A stretch of 64,000 nt of DNA. Origin: the human T2T-CHM13v2.0 reference genome, Homo sapiens. The DNA is taken from assembly GCF_009914755.1 (NCBI RefSeq), contig NC_060928.1. One strand, given 5' to 3'. Shown here piece by piece: positions 13,617 through 30,826 of the stretch; position 1 is the first letter of the stretch; every line of letters begins with the position of its first letter. A model generated the notes under the pieces. It was not told the origin of the DNA and searched no databases. It saw only the letters and a list, made by a program, of their open reading frames with translations. The position numbers were made by a program, and so were the translations under genes.

Positions 13617-14499
13617 ATAATAAATTTTATAATAACATTTCACAATCAAAGTTAGGTTTTCTTGCATGTTGGAGAAATAGGGTACTTTTCAGTCAAAATT
13701 TATAATTTAACTGAATGTTCGCTCATATTGATTTCTTTCTTATTGCTCCTAAAAGTTATAACAAATTGCATATAAACTTTCAGGACACTCTAAAGAACAA
13801 TGGTGACCTGCACTCAGAACATGAAGGCAGCCTTGAAATCCTTACTTTATCATTCCCGCAATCTGGGGCAAGTACACATAGAAGTGCAAAACTTTGTGTG
13901 GGTGCAATGATGCAATAGCGTATACTCTGGTACCCATTTCCTTTGACCTCCAGTTAACTCAAGGTCGTATTTTCAGTATTACTTTAGTTAACTATGTAAG
14001 CCTGCATTCTTGTCTTGACATTCCAATCTAATTTATATTCTTCTAGTCCTGATTATTTTTATGTTTTTTTTCTTTTGCCACTTTTACTCCTTATAAATTT
14101 CCTCCAAACAGTCTTTGGAACAAGGTTTGGATGTCAAATTAATGAGATCAAAATTGATTTGGTTGACAGATTTGTGATTAACATAGAATATGGTTTGGGA
14201 CATTAAAAACATCATACACTTTTAGGTTGGCTAGCACTGTGTTGAGCACTTAACAAGTTTAAAGAATTATAACAAGACCCGTATTAAAAGTCTGGCTTCT
14301 AGACTTCTGATTTATGAGGGCTTTACTATGTGTTAACATTTTATTTCTAGAAAATTCAAATAGTAAGCTTTGGCTGTTATTCATTCATCTTTATAACTAG
14401 AATTTCTAAATACAAACCAGCCTAATTGTACATAAATTTAACAGAAACATGAAGTGACATGATATCTGGCTTCACTAAATTATTTTGTAATGTTTACCT

Positions 14500-14670
14500 T
14501 TTTCAATTTTTAAAATGTTTAATCGTCATCAAATACACATAACATAAAATGTGGCATCTTAACCATTTTTAAGTCTACCTTCAGAGGCATTAAGCACATT
14601 CATATTGCTATGCTACCATCACCATCATCCATCCACAGAATTCTTTTTGTCTTGCAAAAGTGAAACTCTG
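14500..14670 (-). mobile_element. L1MB-type 3' end fragment abutting the exon 6 acceptor
   Basis: aaatacacataacataaaat...ttaaccatttttaagt...gcattaagcacattcatattg...gcaaaagtgaaactct. Confidence 0.65.
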
Positions 14671-14707
14671 CTTCATTTTTTTTTCTTTTTAATAATCATT
14701 TTCACAG

Positions 14708-14779
14708 GTACCTGCAAAACAATAAGATTACATCCATCTCCATCTATGCTTTCAGAGGACTGAATAGCCTTACTAAACT
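14708..14779 (+). CDS. RXFP1: RXFP1 exon 6 (LRR), 72 nt
   Basis: tcacag|G...AAA CT|gtaagt; YLQNNKITSISIYAFRGLNSLTK(L). Confidence 0.97.
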
Positions 14780-15010
14780 GTAAGTACCAGTGTGAATTAA
14801 TTTGCCCATTCCATGGTAGTCTGACAGCCTAGACTATTCCAATCCAGACCAGCCTCCCTGTCCATGACAGTACCAAGGAGCCATGCAAGTGATGCTGAAG
14901 GGGCAGTAGAGCACCGTGGCTAAGAGCATAGGATTGTGAGTTAGACAGGCTTCAGTCCAAGTCCTGATTGCCTTACTTACTAGGTGTGTGATCTTGAGCA
15001 ATTTGTATTC

Positions 15011-15213
15011 CTTTCTTTTTTTTTTTTTTTTTTTTTTTTTTTTGAGACAGAGTCTCTCTGTCACCCAGACTGCAGTGCAGTGGCGCAATCTCAGCTCACT
15101 GCAGCCTCCGCCTTCCAGGTTCAAGCAATTCTCTGCCTCAGCCTCCCGAATAGCTCCAGCATCCAGCATGAGCCATAGACCAAGACCCTGTCTCTGACAA
15201 AGAAAAAAAAAAA
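15011..15213. mobile_element. Antisense Alu right arm fused to a sense Alu 3' end
   Basis: Poly-T-gagacagagtctc...cagcctcccgaatagct then ccagc...caagaccctgtctc-A tail. Confidence 0.75.
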
Positions 15214-15339
15214 GCCTGATGATGATATTTGTGATGAAGAAGAAAAAACCCAAAGACTTCCCCAGTTATTCAATTACTCTTTCTTCACTAATCCCACTTT
15301 TACAAATGCATGAAATACTGTAAGGTTAAAGAAATAAAG

Positions 15340-16135
15340 CTTTTTGTGGTAAAATATACATAAGCTAAAATTCACCATTTAACTGTTTTTAAGTAAACCA
15401 TTCAGTGGCATTAAGTACATTGACATTGTTATGGAACCATCATCACCATCCACCTCCAAAACTTTTTCATCTTCCCCAACTGAAACTCCATATTTGTTGA
15501 ATAATAATTCCTCATATCTGTCTCTCCCAATTTCCCCCTCTCCCCAGCCCCTGGCAACCATCATTCTACTTTCTGTATTTATTAATTGGCTACTTTAAGT
15601 ACCTCATATAAGGAGAATCATAAAATATGTAGTTTTTTGTGTCTGGTTTATTTCACTTAGCACAATGTCTTTAATGTTCACGTGTTGTAGCATGTGTCAG
15701 AATTTCCTTTTTTAGGGCTGAATAATAGTCCATTGTATTTATGTACCACATTTTGTTTAACTGTTTATCTGTCAGTGGACATTTGGGTTGTTTCCACCTT
15801 TTGGCTGTTGTGAATAATGTTGCCATCAACACAGGGATACAAATATCTGTTTGGGTCCCCACTTTCACTTTCACTTCTTCTGGGTATATACCAAGAATTG
15901 GAATTGCTAAATCAGATGGTAATTCTTTGATTTTTGAGGGACTGTCATTTGATTTGATTTTGATTTTTTAAGGGACTGCCATACTATTTTCCACAGCAAC
16001 TGTACCATTTTACTTTCCAACTAGTGTTGCACAAGAGTTCCGATTTCTCCACATCCTCACCGTTTGTGTTCTCGTTTCATTTGTTTGTTTTGACAATAAC
16101 TATCCTAATGGGTGTGAATGGTATCTCATTGTGCT
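15340..16135 (-). mobile_element. L1 (L1MB-like) 3' end
   Basis: Typical antisense L1 3'UTR/ORF2-end motifs (ggacatttgggttgtttccaccttttggctgttgtgaataatg); ORF2-like peptide in ORF 15671..15874. Confidence 0.85.
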
Positions 16136-16744
16136 TCTTTTAAAAAAAAAGGCTTTCTCAATGTTCCGTTTTATTGAGTTCTGCCATGCAGCATTCTAGA
16201 AGTAACTGGAAAGAAGTATAACCAAAAATCACATGAATACATAACTCCCTGTATTTCCATTTATGTCCCCTTGTTTTCCACCTATACTGTTCTGTATCCT
16301 AACGCAAGAAACCCATTCCAGTCAGATTTTTGGCTTGTGGTATCAGAGTTTGGGATTGAGTCGAGAAGAGCACCTAGTAATTTACTAGCAAAATGGAAGA
16401 AGACTGCAGGAGACTCGAAGCCTTAACAGTAACCACTTTAGCCATGTCCTCTCCCCTTCTACCCCATCTCTGCTCTTTTATGTCTTAGCAAAGTACCCAG
16501 AATCAATATTGGACTCACTCTTCAGGCTCCTGACTGTCTTCTTTCCATATATCTTTGCAAAATTTACTAAACACTATCTGTTTGGTTTAATGTTCAGTGA
16601 ATGTGGAGGAAGCTCTTGAAAGGCAGTACAGAACTGGAGAGTAAACTTAAAAGTGTCCTCCCTCTCTTTTCATAGCTTTTCTATAGTGCTGGAGTGTTGT
16701 TGAGTGTTAAAGATGCCACATATTTCTAGTTAAATAATCATTAG

Positions 16745-17030
<286 letters not shown>

Positions 17031-17365
17031 TGATTTATGGATCTAAACAATGATTAGATCCATAAGTATTCATTAACCCTCACAGAGTGCACATATTTTA
17101 GTTAGATACCATGAGGGCATAGAAAGATAACTCAGGCTGGCTCCCTTTAAGTAGTTATACCTTAGCGTTTCAGGTAGAGCACTGAGCTATCACTGGGGAG
17201 AGGCAGGACTCCTGTTCTCTAGAAGTTTATGATCTAAGATGGGAAAACAATGCCAACATATATAAAACATTAGAGAACCATTTTTTAAAAGTACTTAAGT
17301 TCCAAACCTGTGTTGCTGAAACCAAAATTGCTATTATGGTTCACTGAAAGGAGTGATTATCTCAG

Positions 17366-17418
17366 GTCCAGAGCAGTAAAGGATGGCTCTGAAAAATGAA
17401 GAGGACTGGGCAAAACAG
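17366..17418 (+). CDS. RXFP1: Candidate alternative poison exon 6A (10 novel aa then stop)
   Basis: atctcag|G TCC AGA GCA GTA AAG GAT GGC TCT GAA AAA TGA...AACAG|gtgagc; gives SRAVKDGSEK* after exon 6, consistent with my recollection of the truncated LGR7.1 variant. Confidence 0.65.
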
Positions 17419-17829
17419 GTGAGCATAGGGAGCAATAGTGGATCAAATGTCTTTTACCTGGAGGGTTTTTGTATAAGAGAACACCCTGAGGTTGTAAGTC
17501 ATTTCTTACCCCTTACTGTGCCCACCTGGGCTCCAGGTTTGCAAAGGAGGGAAGGAAGAGGCTCTATCATGGGGTGCCATTGCTCACTAGCCCTGAGCAA
17601 AAGTCAAACCCAGCAAGGGAGAACAGATTCCTGGCAGGAGAAATTCTACAGGATGTTTACTCAAGATATGAAAGACTGAAGAAGAGAGAGAAATCAGTGT
17701 GAATCTTGTATTAGTGGAAGTGAAACTTGAACTCTTACTTGCATATGAATCATAAGCAGAAAGAAAAAGGAAAGAGGGAAGAAACTGGAGTAAGAGGCGT
17801 GAGCAGAGACACTGCTATAAAACATAATA

Positions 17830-18010
17830 TGTACTGAATGTTTATGGCATGCATTGCCTCTATTAAACCATAGGAAGTAGATCCTGATACTATCCCCATT
17901 TTAGAGTTGGGGAAGCTGAGGCTTACAGGAATTCACTGCTTGCTCAAAGTCACTGTTAATAAGTAGAGGAGTCAGGAATCAAACTGTTCGATAGCAGATT
18001 TAGTGCAGTG
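17830..18010 (-). mobile_element. MIR
   Basis: MIR core tatccccattttagagttggggaagctgaggcttacag...ttgctcaaagtcac. Confidence 0.65.
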
Positions 18011-18169
18011 AATTGCTACACTAGAGAGATTGAGACATGAGTGAACATGGCAAGAAGAGGAGATCAACACAATAGAACAAAGAGTTATTTCACTTTGCAG
18101 AGGAGTGGGATGTAAAGATGGGTAAGGCAGAGTCAAACCCTTTAGCAAGGGATGCAATGCCCTTTTGTC

Positions 18170-18665
18170 CATAACAGGCCCCTGCCTGCCTCCTAGGTTT
18201 ATCTCCTGTCTCTCCTTATAGCCCCTTCATGGTGAGGCCCCATTGAATTACCTGGTGATTTCTTAACTTGTCAGACTCTCATACCTCTTGCTTTTGCATA
18301 AGCTATTTCCTCTGCCTAGAATAGCTCCTGCCTGTTCTTTGCTTTGTGAATTGCATGTCTTCATCCAAGACTCTTCTCAATTGTGCCTCTGTTTAGTAAA
18401 GCCTTCTCCTGGCTCCTCATTCCTCCACACTCTGCAGTCCCTACCCCTAGCAAAGCTGGGTGCTTTCTCCTCTGCAATGGCAGAGCAACCATGCATTATA
18501 TACTTCCCTCTGCTTCCCTGACATTACAAAGTAATCTGTTCACATGCTGTGGCCTCTCCAGACTCAAAGCCCCTTAAAGAAAGGGATGGCATGCTTAGCA
18601 CAGTGCCATGGGGTAAGTATTCAAAATAGGTTAATGAATACATGAATAGATGAATGAATAGATTG
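18170..18665 (+). mobile_element. L2 3' fragment
   Basis: cttttgcataagctatttcctctgcctagaat...gcttagcacagtgcc...tgaatacatgaatagatgaatgaa. Confidence 0.65.
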
Positions 18666-18862
18666 ATTAATTAATTATGGGGAAATTTAAAACTAGGTAT
18701 GATAAGGTAAGTGGTAGCAATTCTTAGAGATTCAAAGGCAGGGAAGTGGCATGATGAGAATGCTATGTAAAAAATTTAAGATGGATGATTATTGTTTTTA
18801 CTTTTCTTATTGTAAGACATCAAAAATATACAAATTTATTGTAGTTATTTCTCCTTTTCCAG

Positions 18863-18934
18863 GTATCTCAGTCATAACAGAATAACCTTCCTGAAGCCGG
18901 GTGTTTTTGAAGATCTTCACAGACTAGAATGGCT
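18863..18934 (+). CDS. RXFP1: RXFP1 exon 7 (LRR), 72 nt
   Basis: ttccag|G...TGG CT|gtatgt; YLSHNRITFLKPGVFEDLHRLEW(L). Confidence 0.97.
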
Positions 18935-19023
18935 GTATGTTTAATTTATGTGGCATTTTATTGCACTAGTTTTTAGATTCTAGAGATATATAAATGAATT
19001 AATTTTTTTCTTCTGGCTGTCAG

Positions 19024-19095
19024 GATAATTGAAGATAATCACCTCAGTCGAATTTCCCCACCAACATTTTATGGACTAAATTCTCTTATTCTCTT
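19024..19095 (+). CDS. RXFP1: RXFP1 exon 8 (LRR), 72 nt
   Basis: tgtcag|G...CTC TT|gtaagt; IIEDNHLSRISPPTFYGLNSLIL(L); preceded by an 89-nt intron. Confidence 0.97.
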
Positions 19096-19345
19096 GTAAG
19101 TACTAAACTAAAGCAAATATTTCAATCAAAGGCAAAGACATGAATAAAAATTAATGCTTAAATTTAATACCATTAAATTTGGATTTGTTAAAACCCCAAA
19201 GAGGCCTTTTCAATGAAAAACCTTTTCTTAATCATATTCTATAAGGCTATTTATAGTTCCAACAATTTTAAAAGATTTTCTGTCTTCTAGAATATCAGCC
19301 CATAAAAACTGAATACATTCTCACTCATATTTTATCACAATATTC

Positions 19346-19640
19346 TTTTTTTTTTTTTTTTGACATGGAGTCTCACTGTATCGCCCAGGCTGGAGTGCAG
19401 TGGCGTGACCTTGGCTCACCACAACCCCCGCCTCCTGGGTTCAAGCCATTCTCCTGGCTCAGCCTCCCAAGTAGCTGGGATTACAGGTGTGTGCCATCAC
19501 GCCCAGCTAACTTTTGTATTTTGAGTAGAGACGGGGTTTCACCATGTTGGCCAGGCTGGTCTGGAACTCCTGACTTCATGATCCACCCATCTTGGCCTCC
19601 CAAAGTGCTGGGATTAAGGCGTGAGCCACCACGCCCAGCC
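19346..19640 (-). mobile_element. AluS
   Basis: TSD tttatcacaatattc (19331-19345 and 19641-19655). Confidence 0.92.
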
Positions 19641-19679
19641 TTTATCACAATATTCTTAAGCACATCGTTACTGTCTATA

Positions 19680-23753
<4,074 letters not shown>

Positions 23754-23862
23754 CTAATTTAGTGGATTTGTGGGTTTCATAAGAATAATAATAATACCAT
23801 GTTTGACCCAAGATGAGAAGAGAACCAGAAAAATGTGACTTGTTTGTCTTTTCCTTTTTCAG

Positions 23863-23937
23863 AGTCCTGATGAATAACGTCCTCACCCGTTTACCTGATA
23901 AACCTCTCTGTCAACACATGCCAAGACTACATTGGCT
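23863..23937 (+). CDS. RXFP1: RXFP1 exon 9 (LRR), 75 nt
   Basis: tttcag|A...TGG CT|gtaagc; VLMNNVLTRLPDKPLCQHMPRLHW(L). Confidence 0.97.
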
Positions 23938-25817
23938 GTAAGCGATTCTGTCTTTTTTTAAAGAACTCAACTAAATTTTCTGTTTTTACCTAATTCATTC
24001 CAGATATAAGATTGTTTTAGTTTTTCTTAAAAATGATAAGGGTTTTAGTATCATATCACATTTCCTCAAACTGCTTTAACATGATTTTTATGTTAAACAT
24101 CTACATTATCTAAACTAACATCTCTAAACTCTCAGCAAAATAAAACATCTCAAAAAAAAAAATATATATATATATATACTGGAGCCAGGAAGAAGAAACA
24201 CAGAAGGAATGTCACCACATCTATGTAACATCTCCCCCTTTCCCTGCTGGTATACTCACCTACTAATTTGGTACAGAAAGACTAAGTTGTTTTAATTTCA
24301 CTCTAGAATTCTGAATAATAAGAATATGATATTTAGCATTTATTTTTCAAAAACTAATCATGATAAAATATGTTCCATGGAATATTTTACAAAGTAGCTT
24401 TGCTTGTAGTAATAAGTATCACTCCACCATTTAGAACTCAACCATCCAGTAAATTTGCCTATTTAGAACACAAGTGAAAAATAAAAGAAAGAAATAACCA
24501 AAATAACTACTAACAAGTTCAATCAACAAACTGCCATATGCTGTATCATATGAAAACTCCCTCTGTCTCTTATTTTATAAGAAATTCTCAGAAGTTGGTT
24601 GTTTGATTTCTAAGCTCATAGCAGATTACAAATGTCAAATTAAAAGGAAGAGGAAAAGTTAGAGTCAGAAGCATTGATTGTAGTCAGAAGTAACAACTAT
24701 CAACTTGATAAAAAAGCATAAGTGAGAAATGCTATAAAAAGCAATGACAGTAATTCAAACTGTACTAATCTGCAACCTCTCAGAAAAAAACAAACATTCT
24801 GAAAAGTTACTAAGTCCAGTAGGCATTTTGGTATGACAGTATAATACTGTACTGTACATTGAAAACAAGCTAAAGCCATAAAGGAAAGGGCAAATTAAGT
24901 TCAACATCCCTCATTAAAATTGAATTTTGGTTCAAATGAATACATTAGCATCTATTACAGCCTCTGTAATCCCAACTTAGTAATTAAACACAATTGAACA
25001 ATATTTACATAATTAGCAATTAAAATGTGTGCATTTAGACAGAAGCAACTGTGTGCAGTATTATGCACAAGCAATAATAAACCTTGCCTTTGTTTACAAA
25101 AAGGCAAGAAAATATACAATATACTTCAGATAAACATCAAAATGATTAAGATGTATTACTAAAAAAATTAAAATTAAAAATATAAAATTAAAAATTTTGT
25201 TACTAAAGTTTTCATATGTAAATTCTAGCTATCCAAAACAACTTATTCCATATGAATTCCTGATAGTGAATATTATCCTGATTTTAATTCTAGTAATAAT
25301 AATACTTTGCTTTATAATTATTTACCTTTTTATAACTAATGATACTATTCTTACCTTGCATGAACTTTCATTTAGCACAGTATGAACTAGAAAATCTGAC
25401 AGATTTCTTGGCCAAACATCATTTTAACTCTGATTTAGGGGAAAAATACATACAAACTAAAGAGACAGATGACAGCCCAGGAAATTATGCTTCTAAGGTA
25501 TTTGCAGGACAATAAACTGAAACCTATATTAGTTCTTGCAAAGCAATGAGAAACTGTAAATGCCACAATAAAAGTTGTAAAATTCAAAAAAAAAGAAATA
25601 TAAGTAATAAGCAAGCATAAGGACAGATATGGCAATAGCCAAAGGTGAACTAAAAGTCAAGAATAAAGTAAACTTTTCTTTTGAGATGAAATTAAGCAAG
25701 TTTATTTATTAGCCAAAGAAGTCAATATGAAAAGCTTGAAAATATAGAAGACGATGGGAATACATAATAGTGCAAAGTACTAGAAGACATGGAAAAGAAT
25801 GGAAAAGTAAAATGTGA

Positions 25818-25847
25818 TCACACACACACACACACACGCATACACAC
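25818..25847. repeat. Interrupted (CA)n microsatellite
   Basis: cacacacacacacacacacacgcatacacaca. Confidence 0.85.
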
Positions 25848-27553
25848 AGCAGTGAAAATGAATGAATTATCAATACTTCAATCAACATGACTCAATTTCA
25901 AGCACATATGAATTACTCAAGAAAAAGTCACAGAAGACTACATATATTACATTTCCATTCCTATAATACTGATTAAGATATAGAAAGCCACAAGACAGCA
26001 GTACTTCCTCTCTACCTATAAGAAAGAGCTTTGTAATCTACAAAGTCATAATTTTGTGGAGCCCATCAGTAGGCTACAGTCATAAGGTAGCCAAATAAAT
26101 GGAATTCTAACAAGCAACAAGAAGATGTGGGACATACATACTATTTCACCTTTGGCAGAGCACAGGATGAAGAGTTGGCTGGCGTGAAAGCAGGTACAAA
26201 GAAAACTAAAACTTTAATAAACTTGTAAGCTTAAGTGTGGGCTACTATAGTGCTTTAAAAGAACTGGGAACCCCATATGCAAGGGGATTTAGCTATCTTT
26301 AACAGGCTCTTTTTCACTGATCTCCACCAACCACAAGAAAAACTAGGAGTAGGTAAGGAAACCAGACAGAGCCCTCATTGGTAGCACAACACAAAACTCC
26401 ACCTTCTTCTCTAAACTCACCCGTCTCAGGGAACAAAAGCATCAAGCCTTTGGGAGTGGGACAGAAAATCCTCCTGCACCCAGGGACCAGGCAAAGGTCC
26501 ATTACTTCCATAGGAGGAATAGAAACTAGAGCATTCTGCCCCAGGGTACCAACAAAAAAAAAAACCACTCCAGCCCAGGATCTTGCACTGATCAAAGCAG
26601 TGGGTAGTGCCCATTTGTATCACGGCAGGAAATGCTCTTATGAGAGTTTGGCTTCTGGAGAAGGGGGAACAGCAAAGCTGAGACAGCCCCATCCCCAAAA
26701 GCATAAGGAAAAAGAAGTTCATGTCAAATTATAAAGCAATCAACAGAACCAGAACCAGCAATAACTCAGATTTTACAACTTCCAAACAGAGACATTAAAA
26801 TGCTTATGATTAATAAGTTAAGTAATATAGTGGAAAGATGGATAATATGCACGAACATAAAGAAAATGTCAGCAAAAAGATGGAAACTACAAAAGAGAAA
26901 CAAAAAATTATTTCAACAGCCTTAGCAGCAGAATGAACACAGCTAAGGAAAGAATCAACAACCTTGAAGATATGTCATAGAAAGCTTTCAAATTGAAACG
27001 AAAGAAAAAGAGACAAAAATAAAGGCAAAACAGAATCCAAAAGCTGCAGGATAATACAATTGTCTAACAAATGTGTAAATGGAGTCACAGAAAAAGAATA
27101 GAGGAAGAACAGGACAGAAGACAAGCTGGAGAAATAATAGCCAAGAATTTTGTTACATTAATATAATGCAACAAACCAGAAATCTAAGAACCTCAGAAAA
27201 ATCCATGCAGAAGTCAAGAAAAACTAGATAAATTATAGTCAAACTGCTGAAAACCAAAGATAAAGAAAAGTATCTTAAGGCAATCAGAGAAAACAGAAAC
27301 ATTATACACTGTAAAACAAAGACAAGAAAAACAACTTTTTTTTAAAAGCCAGAAGGACTATGGTAATATTGGCGAAAAAGATTTCAGAACAAGGACTATC
27401 ACCAGGGATAAAGAGCGATATCATATAATAATAAAAAGATCAATTAAGCAAAAATATGTGATAATCTTAAATGAGTAAACAGTTTCAAAATACATAAAGT
27501 GAAAACAATAGAACTGTAAAGAGAAATAGCTAAAAGTCAAAGGATGTCATTTA

Positions 27554-28040
<487 letters not shown>

Positions 28041-28752
28041 CTGGAAAAAACAACAACAACGGACAAATCCATAGATTAGATAGACAGTGGTATTCCCAAG
28101 GTGAACACTAATAAAAAGCATGTAATTAACCAATATTGTATGGTAAAGAGAGGCAGAGGAGCAGAGAGGAAGACAATGTACACAAATTTTATCATTTCTT
28201 AGTATCATCAAAAGAAAGAAGGTATAGTGCATTGAGTAAAGTTACAAAGATTGCCAATAGAATATACAAAGCTTTGTAAATATCATAAGAAATAAATTTT
28301 TTAAAACACCATTAGGTTAAGATAAATATTAGACACAAAAAAAACCTGAGGTGAAAGTTTTTTAAACCTATGGAATCGTGTAATAATATTTTTAAAAAAC
28401 AGACTAAGGCCAACTATATTAATCATATCAATAAATATAAGTAGGCTAAACTCACCTATTAAAAGGAAAAAGACTGGGAAAGAAGACCTGGGAAGATATT
28501 TCTCAAAAAATACTTAAAAATGGCCAACAGGCATATGCAAAAATGTTCAACATTACTAATCATCAGAGAAATGCAAATCAAAACCACAATGAGGTATCAC
28601 CTCACACCTGTTAGAATCTCTATTATCAAAAAGACAAGAGATGACGAGTGTTGACAAGGTTGTGGCTAGAAAGGAATTCTTGTGCACTGTGGATGAGAAT
28701 GTAAATTAGTACAGCTATTATGGAAAACATATGGAGCTTCCTCTAAAAATTA

Positions 28753-29130
<378 letters not shown>

Positions 29131-29947
29131 TCAAAGAGATATCTTCACTCCAATGTTCATTGCAGCATTAGTCACAATAGCCAAGATATTAGTCAACCTT
29201 AGTGTCCAATGACAGTTGAATGGATAAAGAAAATGTGGTAGATATATACAATGGAATACTAGTCAGCCTTAAAACAGAGATCCTGCCATTTTGACAATAT
29301 GTGTGAACTTAGGGGACATTATGCTGAGTGAAATAAGCCAGAGACAGAAAGAAAAATACTGCGTAATCTCATTTATACGTGGAATTTCTTTTTAAGTTGA
29401 ACACATAGAAACAGAGTAGAATCGTGGCTATGGGTCATGGCAGGGGGAATGAGGAGATGTAGGTTCAAGGGTACAAAATTACAGTTATGAGATGAATAAG
29501 CATACAGATCTAATGTATGGCATGTCTATAGTTTAATAACACTGTATTGTATAGTGGAAATTTGCTAAAAGGGTAGAGTTCAGGCACTCTTACCATAAAA
29601 GAAATTAACTATGTAAGGTGATGGGTATGTTAATTTGCTTGGTTGTAGTAATCAGTTTACTATGTACTGTATATCGAAACAGGCTATATACCTTAAGTAT
29701 ACACAGTTTTTAAAAGTATGTCATGTAATTGCAAACAAAAGAAAGCAGGCATCATATATTTTATCTAAGTAGGTGGAATTCTGGCCAATGTGCATTAAAC
29801 AACACAATGACATTTTAATGCTATAACTGCCAATGTCCAATAAAAGATATCACATTATAAGTCTATACACACCAAAGAAATTAATATAGCAACCAAAACA
29901 AAAGAAAATGTAGACATACATAAGCAGTAAGAAATAATCCACCACTG

Positions 29948-30290
<343 letters not shown>

Positions 30291-30369
30291 TCACTCCATA
30301 AAAGATCAAGTAGAACCAAAATAAATAAATAACATAATTAGTAAGTTAATGCTAATCAGTGTATATCAA

Positions 30370-30826
30370 ACTTCAGTGCCCCTTCTCAATAACAGAACTG
30401 CTTTCTTTGGGACAGCAACATAACTAGCTAAAATACTACATTCCCACACTTCTCTGCATTCACATATAGGATATGTCTTAAGTTCTGACTAGGGAGGTCG
30501 AAGTATTACAGTGTAGAACTTCAGGAAAATCTCCTTAAAGAGAAAGATGCAAGTCCTTTCTTTTCCTTCTTTATCCAGAAAACAAAAAACTGAATATGAT
30601 GGCTTGAGCTTTAGCAACATCTTGTACCATGAAGACAAGGGCATGTGATCAGTGAATATGAAAGATCCTGGGTTTCTAACAACTTTGTAAAACAACCATA
30701 TCAGCCCTGAACTGCCCAACTCTAGATTTTTTTTTCCTGGGGGGAAAAAACCCCAACAACTCTGCGTATTTATGCTATTATAGATGGGTCTCTGTTATAT
30801 GTACGTGCACCTAATCCTAATAGATA
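30370..30826 (+). mobile_element. Old MLT1 (H/I/J-like) LTR
   Basis: Degenerate MLT1 motifs (aaaatactacattccc, gcaacatcttgtaccatga, ctgttatatg...cctaatcctaa). Confidence 0.5.

Noticed and set aside
17383-17679. 98-aa ORF overlapping exon 6A
   Set aside because: Different frame from RXFP1, crosses splice donors, no homology I recognise.
26314-26734. Overlapping 93-118 aa ORFs on both strands
   Set aside because: Lie in a degenerate L1 5' region; no recognisable domain or supporting splice structure.
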